Below, in pieces: positions 51,301-61,219 of a stretch of DNA of 64,000 nt (position 1 is its first letter; each line of letters opens with the position of its first letter). Source of the DNA: Alphaproteobacteria bacterium (lineage in GTDB: Bacteria; Pseudomonadota; Alphaproteobacteria; UBA828); contig CAXXVO010000004.1 of assembly GCA_963422645.2 (NCBI GenBank), positions 256,001-320,000 of the forward strand. Reading direction: 5' to 3'. A program made the translations under genes and the position numbers. The notes under the pieces are model-generated. The model worked only from the letters and a program-made list of their open reading frames with translations. It was not told where the DNA came from and did not search any database.

Positions 51301-52015
51301 TGTGCTGGAGATGATGACCCAGCTGAAGCTCGCAGGTATGCGCGCCGCTTACGACGACATCCTTGCCGACGGGCTCAAGCGCCGCCATCCGGTGCAACAG
51401 ATCATCGGTACGCTGCTGCAGGTCGAGATCGCCGACAAGAGGGCCCGCTCGATCAAGTACCAGATGGCCTCCGCCAAGCTGCCGACGGTCAAGGAGCTGG
51501 CCGACTTCGACTTCGCCGCCTCGCCGGTCAACGAGCCCCTGATCCAGGAGCTCGCCGGCGGCGGCTTCCTCGAGGGCAAACGCAACATCGTGCTGGTCGG
51601 CGGCACCGGTACCGGCAAGACCCATCTCGCCGTCGCCATCGCGCGGTCCTGCATCCGCAAGGGCGCGCGCGGCCGGTGCTACAACGTCGTCGACCTGGTC
51701 AACCTCCTCGAGGCCGAGCTTCGCGCCGGACGCCAGGGCCGCACTGCAGACCAGCTCGTCCGCCGCGACTTCGTCATCCTCGACGAGCTCGGCTACCTGC
51801 CCTTCGCCCAGGCCGGTGGGCAGCTGCTCTTCCATCTGATGAGCCGGCTCTACGAGCGCACCTCGATCGTCATCACCACAAACCTCGCCTTCGGCGAATG
51901 GCCATCCGTCTTCGGCGACCCCAAGATGACCACAGCGCTGCTCGATCGCCTCACCCATCATTGCGAGATCATCGAGACCGGCAACGAGAGCTGGCGCTTC
52001 AAGAACCGCTCCTGA
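51287..52015 (+). CDS. istB: IS21 helper ATPase IstB
   Basis: [16 protein letters not shown] and LLDRLTHH. Confidence 0.96.
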   Translation: MERHDVLEMMTQLKLAGMRAAYDDILADGLKRRHPVQQIIGTLLQVEIADKRARSIKYQMASAKLPTVKELADFDFAASPVNEPLIQELAGGGFLEGKRNIVLVGGTGTGKTHLAVAIARSCIRKGARGRCYNVVDLVNLLEAELRAGRQGRTADQLVRRDFVILDELGYLPFAQAGGQLLFHLMSRLYERTSIVITTNLAFGEWPSVFGDPKMTTALLDRLTHHCEIIETGNESWRFKNRS

Positions 52016-52946
52016 CCCGCCGCCGGCCTCCCTTGCGGCCCGGTTGCCCCGGTGGGCCAACCAATGGCATTCACTTAGCGGTTTTCGACTGTTCACTTAA
52101 GGAGTCGTGTTCTTGCGCTGTCGGTTGCGTGCGTTTCTGTCGTTCAGGTGTTCAGGCGACGGCCCGCTTTGCGCGTGCCCACTTGCCGCGGGGTTTGCGC
52201 GACCTGCGTTCGCAGGACCGGCCGGGGCGCGGGCGCTGACGCGCCTGGTTGATGCAGGAGAGGACATGGCTGAGGGTTTCGGCGACCATCGCCGTATGGC
52301 GCAGCAGCAGCGCTTCGAGGTTGCGCGCGACGGTGGCGAGGCCGTTGCTGAAGTTGGCTTTCATCGCCGGCTTGCCGTCGGCAGGGCGCTCGGCGTCGAG
52401 GCTTGCGTTGCTGCGGTTGGTGAAGAGCCGGGTCATGGCGATGAGGTTGAAGTGGGCGAAGAGCTCCTGGCGGACGCCGCGCTCGGTCTGGCTGTGGAAG
52501 GCCTCGACGGCCATGGCCTGTTTCGAGGTCTTGTAGAGTTCCTCGATTCCCCAGCGCGCGTGATAGAGCTCGGCCAGTTCCGCGACGCTCCAGGCCTTGG
52601 GGTCGAGGAGGGTGGTGGCGAGGATGAAGACCGTGCTGCCGATGCGGTAGCGGACCAGTCGCAGGCGCAGCGGGGTGGCGTCGACGTGCGGCGTCTTGCG
52701 GCGCAGCTTTCTCAGGGTGTCCTTTCCGGGAGCGACGGTGATCGGCGCGTCCGTGCGGCCGTCGGCGATGAAGGCGTCGAGGGCGGCGCCTGCCTTCTTC
52801 TTGATCCGGAACACGGGGTGCAGGCCGCGGGCGACATGGGCGTGCAGCATCTCCCAAGAGTAGTAGCCGCGGTCATAGACTGAGGTGGCCCCGGAAAATC
52901 GGACAGGTGTCTAAGGTGTATTCCACCGTCTGACGGAGGAATACAG

Positions 52947-53231
52947 ATGAGCAGCAAGCGACGCAGATTTTCAGGGCAGCTGAAGGCGAAGGTAGCGCTT
53001 GAGGCGCTTCAGGGTGATCGGACACTTCAGGAGATTGCCTCGAAATACCAGGTTCACCCGAACCAGGTGGGCGCCTGGAAGCGCCAGGCGATCAAGGGGC
53101 TGGGCGAGGTGTTCTCGAAGGGCGCCGAGGGTCGGGTCCGGGACCATGAGAGCGAGGTCCGCGATCTTCACGCCAAGATCGGGGAGCTGATCGTGGAGCG
53201 GGATTTTTTGTCGCGCGGGTCCGGTCGATGA
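52947..53231 (+). CDS. IS3 transposase OrfA
   Basis: KAKVALEA...HPNQVGAWK HTH; GATTTTTTG candidate -1 frameshift site near 53202. Confidence 0.9.
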   Translation: MSSKRRRFSGQLKAKVALEALQGDRTLQEIASKYQVHPNQVGAWKRQAIKGLGEVFSKGAEGRVRDHESEVRDLHAKIGELIVERDFLSRGSGR

Positions 53232-54163
53232 GCCGGCCGGAGCGCCGCGCGATGGTGGAGCGCGATCACCCGGCGCTGAGCCTGAGCCGGCAATGCCGCC
53301 TGCTGTCGATCGGGCGCTCCTCGCTCTACTACGCAGCGAAGGGCGAGAGCGCGGAGACCCTGGCGCTGATGCGTCGGATCGACGAGCTGTTCCTGAAGTA
53401 TCCGTTTTATGGCGCCCGCCAGATGGTCCGGCACCTGCGCCGCGAGGGCGTGCGGATTGGGCGCGGCCGGGCCGCTCGCCTGATGCGCCTGATGGGGCTT
53501 GAGGCGATCTATCGGGCACCGCGGACCAGCGCGCCGCATCCCGAGCACCGGGTCTACCCTTATCTGCTGCGGGGTCTGGCGATCGAGCGGGCGAACCATG
53601 TCTGGTGCGCCGACATCACCTACATCCCGGTGCGGCGCGGCTTCCTTTACCTGGTGGCGATCATGGACTGGGCGAGCCGGTACGTGCTGGCCTGGCGGCT
53701 GTCGAACACGCTGGACGCGGGCTTCTGCACGGACGCGCTCGACGAGGCCCTGGCTCGGCATGGCGCGCCGGAGATCTTCAACACCGATCAGGGCAGCCAG
53801 TTCACCAGCTTCGTCTTCACCGGCCGCTTGCAGGCGGCCGGCATCCGGATCTCGATGGACGGCCGGGGCCGGTGCATGGACAACATCTTCATCGAGCGGC
53901 TGTGGCGCTCGCTCAAATACGAGGCGGTCTACCTGCACGACATCGCCGACGGTTTCCAGGCCCGGCGCCTGATCCGTGATTGGATCGGCTTTTACAACGC
54001 CGAGAGGCCTCACTCGGCGCTGGGAGGGAGAACCCCGGCCGAGGCATACCGCGGCGAGACGCCTGTGGATATGATGGACAAGCCGCTACGCGCCTTGACC
54101 ACATCTCCACAGGCGCAACAGCAGCAACAGGAAGATCGATTCAAGAGGATCATGGCGGCCTGA
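53228..54163 (+). CDS. IS3 transposase OrfB (integrase core)
   Basis: WCADITY, NTDQGSQF and DNIFIERLWRSLKYE. Confidence 0.93.
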   Translation: MSRPERRAMVERDHPALSLSRQCRLLSIGRSSLYYAAKGESAETLALMRRIDELFLKYPFYGARQMVRHLRREGVRIGRGRAARLMRLMGLEAIYRAPRTSAPHPEHRVYPYLLRGLAIERANHVWCADITYIPVRRGFLYLVAIMDWASRYVLAWRLSNTLDAGFCTDALDEALARHGAPEIFNTDQGSQFTSFVFTGRLQAAGIRISMDGRGRCMDNIFIERLWRSLKYEAVYLHDIADGFQARRLIRDWIGFYNAERPHSALGGRTPAEAYRGETPVDMMDKPLRALTTSPQAQQQQQEDRFKRIMAA

Positions 54164-56304
54164 GAAACAACCGGAATACACCTTACCTTGGCCGCTAAGC
54201 TGTCCGAATAGGCGAGGCCACCTCAGACCACGATGTCGTTGGCCGAGAGCGCCTTGAGGTGGGCGAGGGCGGCCCTTCTTTCGTCGCCGTGCGCGACCAG
54301 GTCGAAGTCCACCGGGATGTTCGCGTGCAGCCGGTAGAGGCAACTCAGCAGGCCCTGCGGGTAGTGGGCCGCCTCGGAGGGCGTGCGGTAGCCGGCCTTG
54401 AGCAGCGGCCGCGGCAGGTTGAGCTTGGAGCCGTCGACCGCGAACACGCGGTGGCCCTTCCAGGCCGGGCCGTCGGCGCGCTTGAGGATCTCGGCGTGCA
54501 GCGTCTTGAACACCGCCTCGTCGACCTTGGCCCGCGCCATGCACATCGCCGAGGCCGAGACCGGCGCCGGCTGCGGCAGTGCGACGCCCAGGACCCGGCA
54601 CTGCTCCCACAGCCCGGCCAGCGTCGTGGCGTAGCCCGCGCGGCCGTTCGAGAACGCCAGCCGGAAGATGAAGAGCATGACGAGAAGGGTGTCGAGGACC
54701 CGCCGGCGGCTCTGCCACACCCGGTCGTGATCGGCGGCCACCGCCGCCAGTGCGCCGATCAGGTCCTGCCACAGCGCCACGAAGGGATCGTCCGGCGCCA
54801 GCGCTGCCGGCCGTGTCCTGTTCCCGCGCCGCGCCGGCCGCGGGCCTTCGAGCAGGATCGAGCGGAAGTCCGGCGTCAGCGGGTAGACGTAGACGCTTTT
54901 GCGGGTCTTGCCCTTGCCGCCCCCGGTCTCGCCGAGACAGCGCCAGTTGGCCGCGCGGTAGCAGGCGCCGTCGAAGAGGCTGGGGTCCACGAAGGTCTCC
55001 ACCAGAACCGGGCGCGCTCCGAAGCGCGCCTCCCAGTCGCCGGGCAGCTGGCGCAGCGCCATCGACAGCGCTTTCGACGCCAGGTTGTCGACCCGGACCC
55101 AGGGAAAGATCAGGAAACGCGTGTGACCCACGACCAGATCGAGGTGCTTGCGGAAGCCTTCCGCCGGCCACCCGATCCACTCGTCGCGGCAGGGCAGCGT
55201 GCGCGACGCCCGGGCAAACAGAAGGCAGCCCAGAGGCCGCCCGTGGCGGTCCAGGAGAAAATAGCGCAGATGCGCGCCGACCAGACGATGCAGCCCGAGA
55301 TAGTGGTGGCGCGCGACGAACTCGTTCCACAGCCCGCCCTCCTCCTTGCCCGCCGCAATCGACAGGCGCAGCGGCATCAGCGCGGCCAGGTCCTCCGCGA
55401 TCGCCGCGGCCGGCGCCGTCCGCTCGCTCCGGGCCATCGCCTCCTGCGGCCCCCGCACCTGCGCCTCGTCCCGCGCCGGCAGGGTCAGGATGCCCAGCCG
55501 CTCCAACTCCTCCAGCATCCGCAGGCAGACCGCGACACGGTTCCGCCCGCTCGGCGCGCGCCAGTTCAAATGCTCGCAGATCGTGTGCCCGAGCTCGTTG
55601 CGGCTGATCGCCGGAAACAGCGCCACCGTCTCCTGGATGTCGGCAATCTGCCGGCGGGTCAGACGTCTGCCGAAAAAGGTCGTCGACTTCAGCGCGGTGA
55701 TGCGGGGGTCCATGGGCCGGCTCCACTGACAGGGGGACAGCCACAGTGTGCCAAAGCACACGCCACCGGTCAATCCCCCTCGTGCGGGAAACGCCGAGAC
55801 CGACAATCCACACAAGAAATCAACTCGTTACGACACCACCAAAAAACCCCGGAACAATCTTCGCGCCAAATGAATGCCATTGGTGGGCCAACAGGGACCC
55901 CCCACGCGGCTTCGCTCCGCGTAGCGCAGGGCGCCACACGAAGCCGCGCGGGTCCCCCCTATTGGCTACCGGGACAACCTCCGCCGTGCCACTCAGGGGG
56001 GTCAATTTTGCACGCCGATCGGGGGTCAGTATTGAAAGCCGATTGACAATAGTGCACGCGAGGTAAGTGCCCGGGACGCCCGATTCGCCATGCTCCAGGC
56101 GTTGGAAGGCGTTGTGAGGCTTATCGCGGAACATCGTACTAGAGAACTAACGCCCGCTCAGATAATGGACTTGCGGGAGCTTCTTTGGAGCACGGAGACT
56201 GTCCGTCGCATGGTCCAAGAACGGGAACGGGTGCTGGCGGAGTTGGAGGATTATGGCAACATCTACCGATCTTTCGCTTCACTCAAATGGCTCGACCTAC
56301 CGCC

Positions 56305-56332
56305 GCACCCCCCTTGGGGCACCCCCCTTGGG
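56305..56332 (+). repeat. perfect 14-bp tandem duplication GCACCCCCCTTGGG x2
   Basis: Read directly; lies where the IS1595 remnant is truncated. Confidence 0.8.
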
Positions 56333-56336
56333 ACAC

Positions 56337-56833
56337 CTAGCCCCCGCCGAAGTCCACCGCGCCATCATCGCGCATGGCTTCACGGATGCGGTGCGACAGA
56401 AACCAAGCTGACCGGACCGTCACGCCCAATGTGCGGGAGAGCTGGTTGCTGCTGATGCCCTTCTTGCTGCTGGTCATCAGGTAGATCGCCCGAAGCCACA
56501 GATGCAGTTCGATGTGGCTGTCTTCGAAGATAGTTCCGATGCGGACGGTGAACTGCTTGCCGCAGCCCTTGCACTTCTTGAGGCCGTGGCGAACCTTGCC
56601 CTCGGGATTCTTCTTCGACGGCTTGGAGCGGACGCCCTTCAACTCGTAGGCTTCGCCAACAACGCCGCACTTGGGGCAGGTCGGACCATCCGGCCAAAGC
56701 ATCGCCTCGATGTGGGCGAATGCGGCAGTTTCATCGTGCATGTAAGGTGCTGAAAGGGCTGACATTGTGGGGTCTCCGTCGCTACCCCACTAACACGGGA
56801 GCTCACTCATGGTTTGTCAATTGACATAACGCC
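56337..56833 (-). mobile_element. IS1595-family remnant (left end + transposase N-terminus) of a different lineage
   Basis: LWPDGPTCPKCG, CKGCGKQFTV and SAWFLSHRIR; end GGCGTTATGTCAATTGAC at 56833. Confidence 0.82.
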
Positions 56834-56917
56834 TTTTCTTTGCCGGCCTTTCAAGAGCCCGCGCCAATTGCGGGTGCAAATGGAGCTTCGAAACAAAACG
56901 GACTTGATTTTGTAACT

Positions 56918-56933
56918 TGGCGAAGGTCTTGAA
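56918..56933 (+). promoter_or_regulatory. degenerate sigma54-like -24/-12 site upstream of aioB
   Basis: TGGCGAAGGTCTTGAA has the correct spacing but GA instead of GC at -12. Confidence 0.25.
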
Positions 56934-57010
56934 CTGGGTCATGATTACATCGATTCTAAACTTGCGCTTCGTAAGTTGAGAATTGGAACTATTACAAGGG
57001 GGGGTAAGCC

Positions 57011-57526
57011 ATGAAATGCGACAAGCTCGTCGACGTCGGTCGGCGGCGATTCCTGCAAGGGGGGGCCGTGGCGGCCGGTGTGGTCACGCTGGGTGTCTCC
57101 CATTCGCCCGCCAAAGCGGCGCCCGCCGCAGCCAGGGTGGAGTATCCGTCGAACCGGCTGGCCAATATCGCCGAGCTGAAGGTGGATATGCCAATGGACA
57201 TCCACTACCCGGATACGGACAGCCCCGGCGTGCTGCTCAAGCTGGGTTCAGCCGTCGAAGGCGGGGTCGGTCCGGATGGCGACGTCGTCGCCTTCTCCGT
57301 GATGTGCCCGCACAAAGGCTGGCAGCTCCAATACAACGCCGGCGACAGGACTCTGAACTGCCCCGGGCATTTCTCGCGTTTCGACTGCGAGGCCGGCGGC
57401 CAGCAGACCTGGGGACACGCGACCCAGAACCTGCCGCAATTCGTGCTGCGGATTGACGACCAGGGCGAGATCTACGCCGAAGGCGTGGACGAGCTGCTCT
57501 ACGGCCGTCTCTCCAACGTGCTCTGA
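57011..57526 (+). CDS. aioB: arsenite oxidase small (Rieske) subunit
   Basis: Tat motif RRRFL, CPHKG and CPGHFS Rieske ligands, GHATQNLPQ. Confidence 0.93.
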   Translation: MKCDKLVDVGRRRFLQGGAVAAGVVTLGVSHSPAKAAPAAARVEYPSNRLANIAELKVDMPMDIHYPDTDSPGVLLKLGSAVEGGVGPDGDVVAFSVMCPHKGWQLQYNAGDRTLNCPGHFSRFDCEAGGQQTWGHATQNLPQFVLRIDDQGEIYAEGVDELLYGRLSNVL

Positions 57527-57539
57527 GGGAGGCGATCAG

Positions 57540-59993
57540 ATGGCTTACAAGCGACAAGTCGACCGTCTGCCGATCATCCCCGCAGACGCCAAGGAGCAAA
57601 ACGTCACCTGCCACTACTGCATCGTCGGCTGCGGCTACAAGGCGTACACGTGGCCCGTCAACAAGCAGGGCACGGTCACGTCGAACAAATTCGGCGTGGA
57701 CCTGAGCAAGCAGCAGGACCAGGAAACCGAGTTCTGGTACGCGCCCTCAATGTACAACATCGTCCAGCAGAACGGGCAGGACGTGCATCTGGTGATCAAG
57801 CCGGACGTCAATTGTAGCGTCAACTCGGGCCTCGGCTCGGTGCGTGGCGCCCGCATGGCGGAGAACCGCCGTTCGGATGTCACCGGCACCCAGCAGCAGC
57901 GGCTCACGGAGCCGATGGTCTGGCGTTACGGCACGTGGCAGCCGACCTCGTGGAACGATGCCCTCGACCTGGTCGCCAGGGTCACCGCCCGTTACATCGA
58001 CAAGGACAACGAGGACGATCTCTACGTCTCGATGTTCGATCACGGCGGCTCGGCGGGCGGCTACGAGAACACCTGGGGCACGGGCAAGCTCTACTTCGGC
58101 TCGATGAAGGTCAAGAACTGCCGGATTCACAACCGGCCGGCCTACAATTCCGAGGTGCACTCGACCCGCGACATGGGCATCGGCGAGCTGAACTACTGCT
58201 ACGAGGACTACACGCTCACCGACACGATCTTCCTGATCGGCGCCAATCCCCTCGAGACCCAGACCAACCTGTACCTCAACCACATGGTGCCGGGCATGAG
58301 GGACGGCGCCCGCGTGATCATCGCGGACCCGCGCCGCACGGTGACCGTCAACGCCTGCGAGCAGGTGGCCGGCGCCGATCACGTGCTGCATCTGGCGATC
58401 AACTCGGGCACGGATCTCGCGCTCTTCAACGCGCTCTTCACCTACATCGCCGATCAAGGCTGGGTGGATAGCGACTTCATCGCCAACTCGACCTTCCAGG
58501 GCGGCGAGGCGCAGGCGCAGGGTACGGCGCATCCCTGTGCGCTCGGCTCCTTCGAGCTGGCGCGCGAGGCCTGCCGCATGTCCACCGCCGAGGCTGCCGA
58601 AATCTGCGGCGTCGCCGAGGGCGATATCGTCAAGGCGGCGCACTGGATTGCGGAGCCCAAGTCCGACGGCTCGCGCCGCAAGTGCGTGAGCGCCTACGAG
58701 AAGGGCATCATCTGGGGCAACGACAACTACCGCACCGTCGGCGCCCTGGTGAACATCGGCCTCGCCACCGGCAATATCGGCCGCGAGGGCGGCGGGGTGT
58801 GCCGTCTTGGCGGGCATCAGGAAGGCTATTACCGGCCGCCCGACGGCCATGTAGGCCGGCCTGCGCCCTATGTCGACGACCTGATCATCAAGGGCGGCGG
58901 CAAAGTCCACCACATCTGGGCCTGCGACCACTACAAGACCACGCTGAACGCCACCGAGTTCAAGCGCGTCTACAACAAGCGCACGAACATGGTGAAGGAA
59001 GCGATGGACGCGGCGGCGGGCAAGACCCGCGACGAGCTGGTCGACGCCATCGGTGCGGCGATCGAGGCAGGCGGCCTCTTCTCGGTCAACGTGGACATCA
59101 TCCACAGCCAAATCGGCCAGGCGGCCCACGTGATCCTGCCTGCGGTCGAGTCCGGCGAGATGAACCTCACGTCCATGAACGGCGAGCGCCGGATGCGCCT
59201 GGTCGAGAAGTACATGGACGGCCCCGGATCGTCGCAGCCCGACTGCTTGATCGCTGCCGACATGGCGCAGCATCTCGAGCGTGTGCTGAACGGGATGGGC
59301 AAGGCCGACTACGCGGCGCAGTTCCAGGGCTACGACTGGGCGACCGAGGAAGATGCCTTCATGGACGGCTATCACCAAGGGAATCCGGACGTCACCTACG
59401 ATCGGCTTCGCGCCATGGGCAACAACGGGGTTCAGGAGCCTGTCGTTGGCTATAAGAACGGCCAGTTGGTCGGCACCAAGCGCCTCTATGCCGATGGCAC
59501 TTTCGGCACCGGAGACGGCAAGGCCCGGTTCTGCGCAGGCGCGTGGCGCGGCCTGCAGGCGCCGGGCAAGGAGGAGCAGAAGGCCAAGTTCACGTACCTC
59601 ATCAACAACGGCCGCTCCAACATCAACTGGCAGAACTGGTTCCTCGATCAGGACAACGACTTCGCCACCGACCGCTATCCCTATCCCTTCATCGAGATGA
59701 ATCCGGATGACATGGCGGCGGTGGGCGTTGGCGCCGGCGACCTGGTGGAGGTCTACAACGACGACGGTGCGACCCAGGCCATGGCGTATCCCACGCCGAC
59801 GGCGAAGAAGGGCGAGACTTTCATGCTCTTCGCCGCGCCGACCGGCACGCAAGGCAACGTCATAAACAACGGGACCAACGAGCTGGTGCTGCCCAACTAC
59901 AAGCAGACCTGGGCCGACATCCGCAAGCTCGCGGAAGCTCCGGCGACCGTGTCGCATCTCTCCTTCAAGTCGAAGGAGTACAGTCCGGGGTAA
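57540..59993 (+). CDS. aioA: arsenite oxidase large molybdopterin subunit
   Basis: CHYCIVGC 3Fe-4S motif, GGYENTWG, HNRPAYNSE, YEKGIIWGNDN and GGHQEGY; B-before-A gene order. Confidence 0.93.
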   Translation: MAYKRQVDRLPIIPADAKEQNVTCHYCIVGCGYKAYTWPVNKQGTVTSNKFGVDLSKQQDQETEFWYAPSMYNIVQQNGQDVHLVIKPDVNCSVNSGLGSVRGARMAENRRSDVTGTQQQRLTEPMVWRYGTWQPTSWNDALDLVARVTARYIDKDNEDDLYVSMFDHGGSAGGYENTWGTGKLYFGSMKVKNCRIHNRPAYNSEVHSTRDMGIGELNYCYEDYTLTDTIFLIGANPLETQTNLYLNHMVPGMRDGARVIIADPRRTVTVNACEQVAGADHVLHLAINSGTDLALFNALFTYIADQGWVDSDFIANSTFQGGEAQAQGTAHPCALGSFELAREACRMSTAEAAEICGVAEGDIVKAAHWIAEPKSDGSRRKCVSAYEKGIIWGNDNYRTVGALVNIGLATGNIGREGGGVCRLGGHQEGYYRPPDGHVGRPAPYVDDLIIKGGGKVHHIWACDHYKTTLNATEFKRVYNKRTNMVKEAMDAAAGKTRDELVDAIGAAIEAGGLFSVNVDIIHSQIGQAAHVILPAVESGEMNLTSMNGERRMRLVEKYMDGPGSSQPDCLIAADMAQHLERVLNGMGKADYAAQFQGYDWATEEDAFMDGYHQGNPDVTYDRLRAMGNNGVQEPVVGYKNGQLVGTKRLYADGTFGTGDGKARFCAGAWRGLQAPGKEEQKAKFTYLINNGRSNINWQNWFLDQDNDFATDRYPYPFIEMNPDDMAAVGVGAGDLVEVYNDDGATQAMAYPTPTAKKGETFMLFAAPTGTQGNVINNGTNELVLPNYKQTWADIRKLAEAPATVSHLSFKSKEYSPG

Positions 59994-60041
59994 GGGAGCG
60001 CTGAAACTCGGGCGTCATCGTCTGAGCAGTGCGCTCGTAAC

Positions 60042-60078
60042 GAAGCAGGCGGTGCCCCACGGGCCCGCCTGCCTTCTT
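60042..60078 (+). terminator. hairpin downstream of aioA, possible terminator
   Basis: GCAGGCGG...CCGCCTGC stem followed by CTTCTT. Confidence 0.4.
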
Positions 60079-60131
60079 GTCCATTGTGGGGCGTTGCCAG
60101 GTCTTGTATCGACCTGTGCATTACCCCATCA

Positions 60132-60222
60132 CGTCATGGCCGGGCTTGTCCCGGCCATCCACGAGGGCACTCCGGTTAGGCCTCAACGCACATGGATGCC
60201 CGGAACAAGTCCGGGCATGACG
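60132..60222. repeat. alphaproteobacterial CGTC-type REP dimer (inverted pair)
   Basis: CGTCATGGCCGGGCTTGTCCCGGCCATCCA...TGGATGCCCGGAACAAGTCCGGGCATGACG. Confidence 0.82.
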
Positions 60223-60285
60223 AAGTGTGTGGTTGACTGGCCCGGGGAGCGCGCACCAGGCGCTGTTGGCCTCGGGCGCGGGCGC

Positions 60286-61179
60286 CTACTCCGCTGCCTC
60301 GGCCTCGGGTCTCGCCCAGCGGCGTTCGAAGGCCCAGACGTCCTTGAAGCCCATGAGCGCGTGCATCTCGGGCAGCGAGATCATCGGCGCATCGACGTTG
60401 GCGGTGGAGCCGTCGCGCTTGAGGGACGCGAAGGCGCTGCGCATGGCGCCGGCCGCCGGCAGCATGCCGATCGCGGGATAGATCGCGATGTTGTAGCCGA
60501 GCGCCGCGAGGCGATCCGCCGGCACGATGGGGGTCTTGCCGCTGTCCACCATGTTGGCGAGCAGCGGCTTGTCGAAGGTCTCGCCGATGCGCGCGATCTC
60601 GGCCTCGTTCTCCGGCGCCTCGATGAAGATCACGTCGGCGCCGGCGTCGGCGAAGGCCTGGCCCCGGGCGAGGGCCTCGTCGAGGCCGAGGCTGGTGCGC
60701 GCATCGGTGCGCGCGATGATCAGGAAGTTGGGATCGCTGCGCGCGTCGGCGGCGACCCCGATCTTCTCCACCATGTCCTCCACCGGGACCACGCGGCGGC
60801 CTGGCGTGTGGCCGCACTTCTTGGGGATTTCCTGGTCTTCGAGCTGGATCGCGCTGCAGCCCGCGTCCTCGTAGCCCTGCACCGTGTGGCGGACGTTGAG
60901 GAGACCGCCGAAGCCCGTATCCGCGTCGCAGATCAGGGGCGAGTCCGTGCCGCCCGCGATGGCGCGCACCCTCGACACGACATCGGCGTAGCTCGCGATG
61001 CCGGCATCGGGCAGGCCGAGGTGGGAGGCCGCGACGCCATAGCCGGTCATGTAGAGCGCCCGAAAACCCATGCCGTCGGCGACCTTGGCGGAGATCATGT
61101 CGTAGACGCCGGGGGCCACGACGAACTGGCCCTCCCGGATCGCGCCGGCGAGCGCGGCGCGCTTCTCGCTCGCATTCAT
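60286..61179 (-). CDS. isocitrate lyase/PEP mutase family protein
   Basis: YMTGYG, DADTGFG, LEDQ, KKCGH and IARTDA. Confidence 0.92.
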   Translation of the reverse strand: MNASEKRAALAGAIREGQFVVAPGVYDMISAKVADGMGFRALYMTGYGVAASHLGLPDAGIASYADVVSRVRAIAGGTDSPLICDADTGFGGLLNVRHTVQGYEDAGCSAIQLEDQEIPKKCGHTPGRRVVPVEDMVEKIGVAADARSDPNFLIIARTDARTSLGLDEALARGQAFADAGADVIFIEAPENEAEIARIGETFDKPLLANMVDSGKTPIVPADRLAALGYNIAIYPAIGMLPAAGAMRSAFASLKRDGSTANVDAPMISLPEMHALMGFKDVWAFERRWARPEAEAAE

Positions 61180-61219
61180 GGTTGAGTTCCTTCGTCTTGG
61201 GGTGGGGCCTGAGCAGGCG

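Larger units (their letters stand above)
52881..54225 (+). mobile_element. IS3-family element
   Basis: TGAGGTGGCC...GGCCACCTCA ends; 3-bp TSD GAC; 1345 bp. Confidence 0.95.
52152..55713 (-). pseudogene. DUF4338 (DruA/Mom-like) domain + IS4 DDE transposase, 737 aa when rejoined
   Basis: HHYLG, RDEWIGW, TRFLIFPW, ETFVD and GACYRAANW, followed by AVDGS, VYDRGY (across the IS3 junction) and YHARWGIEELYK. Confidence 0.85.
52062..55882 (-). mobile_element. IS4-family element encoding a DUF4338-fused transposase, interrupted by IS3
   Basis: TIR CAATGGCATTCA(C/T)TT(A/G)GCG; 10-bp TSD GTGGGCCAAC (52052-52061, 55883-55892); 2473 bp without the IS3. Confidence 0.92.
49670..56048 (+). mobile_element. 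IS21-family element; 3' end interrupted by the IS4-family element
   Basis: TGT...ACA ends with repeated AAAA(G/T)TGACCCC-like subterminal motifs; istA-istB; no TSD. Confidence 0.9.

Noticed and set aside
54226-55713. Druantia defence system
   Set aside because: The DUF4338 domain is fused to a transposase inside IS4 TIRs, and no DruE helicase or other dru genes are present.
57747-59957. Long antisense ORFs (736 aa here, also 22370-24181, 37409-39157, 39058-40830 and 54259-56046)
   Set aside because: Shadow ORFs opposite real genes, expected in high-GC DNA; no recognisable motifs.
57011-59993. Iodate reductase IdrAB instead of AioBA
   Set aside because: The order is small-then-large subunit, AioA motifs (HNRPAYNSE, GGHQEG) are present and there are no adjacent cytochrome c peroxidase genes. 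Phylogeny would confirm.
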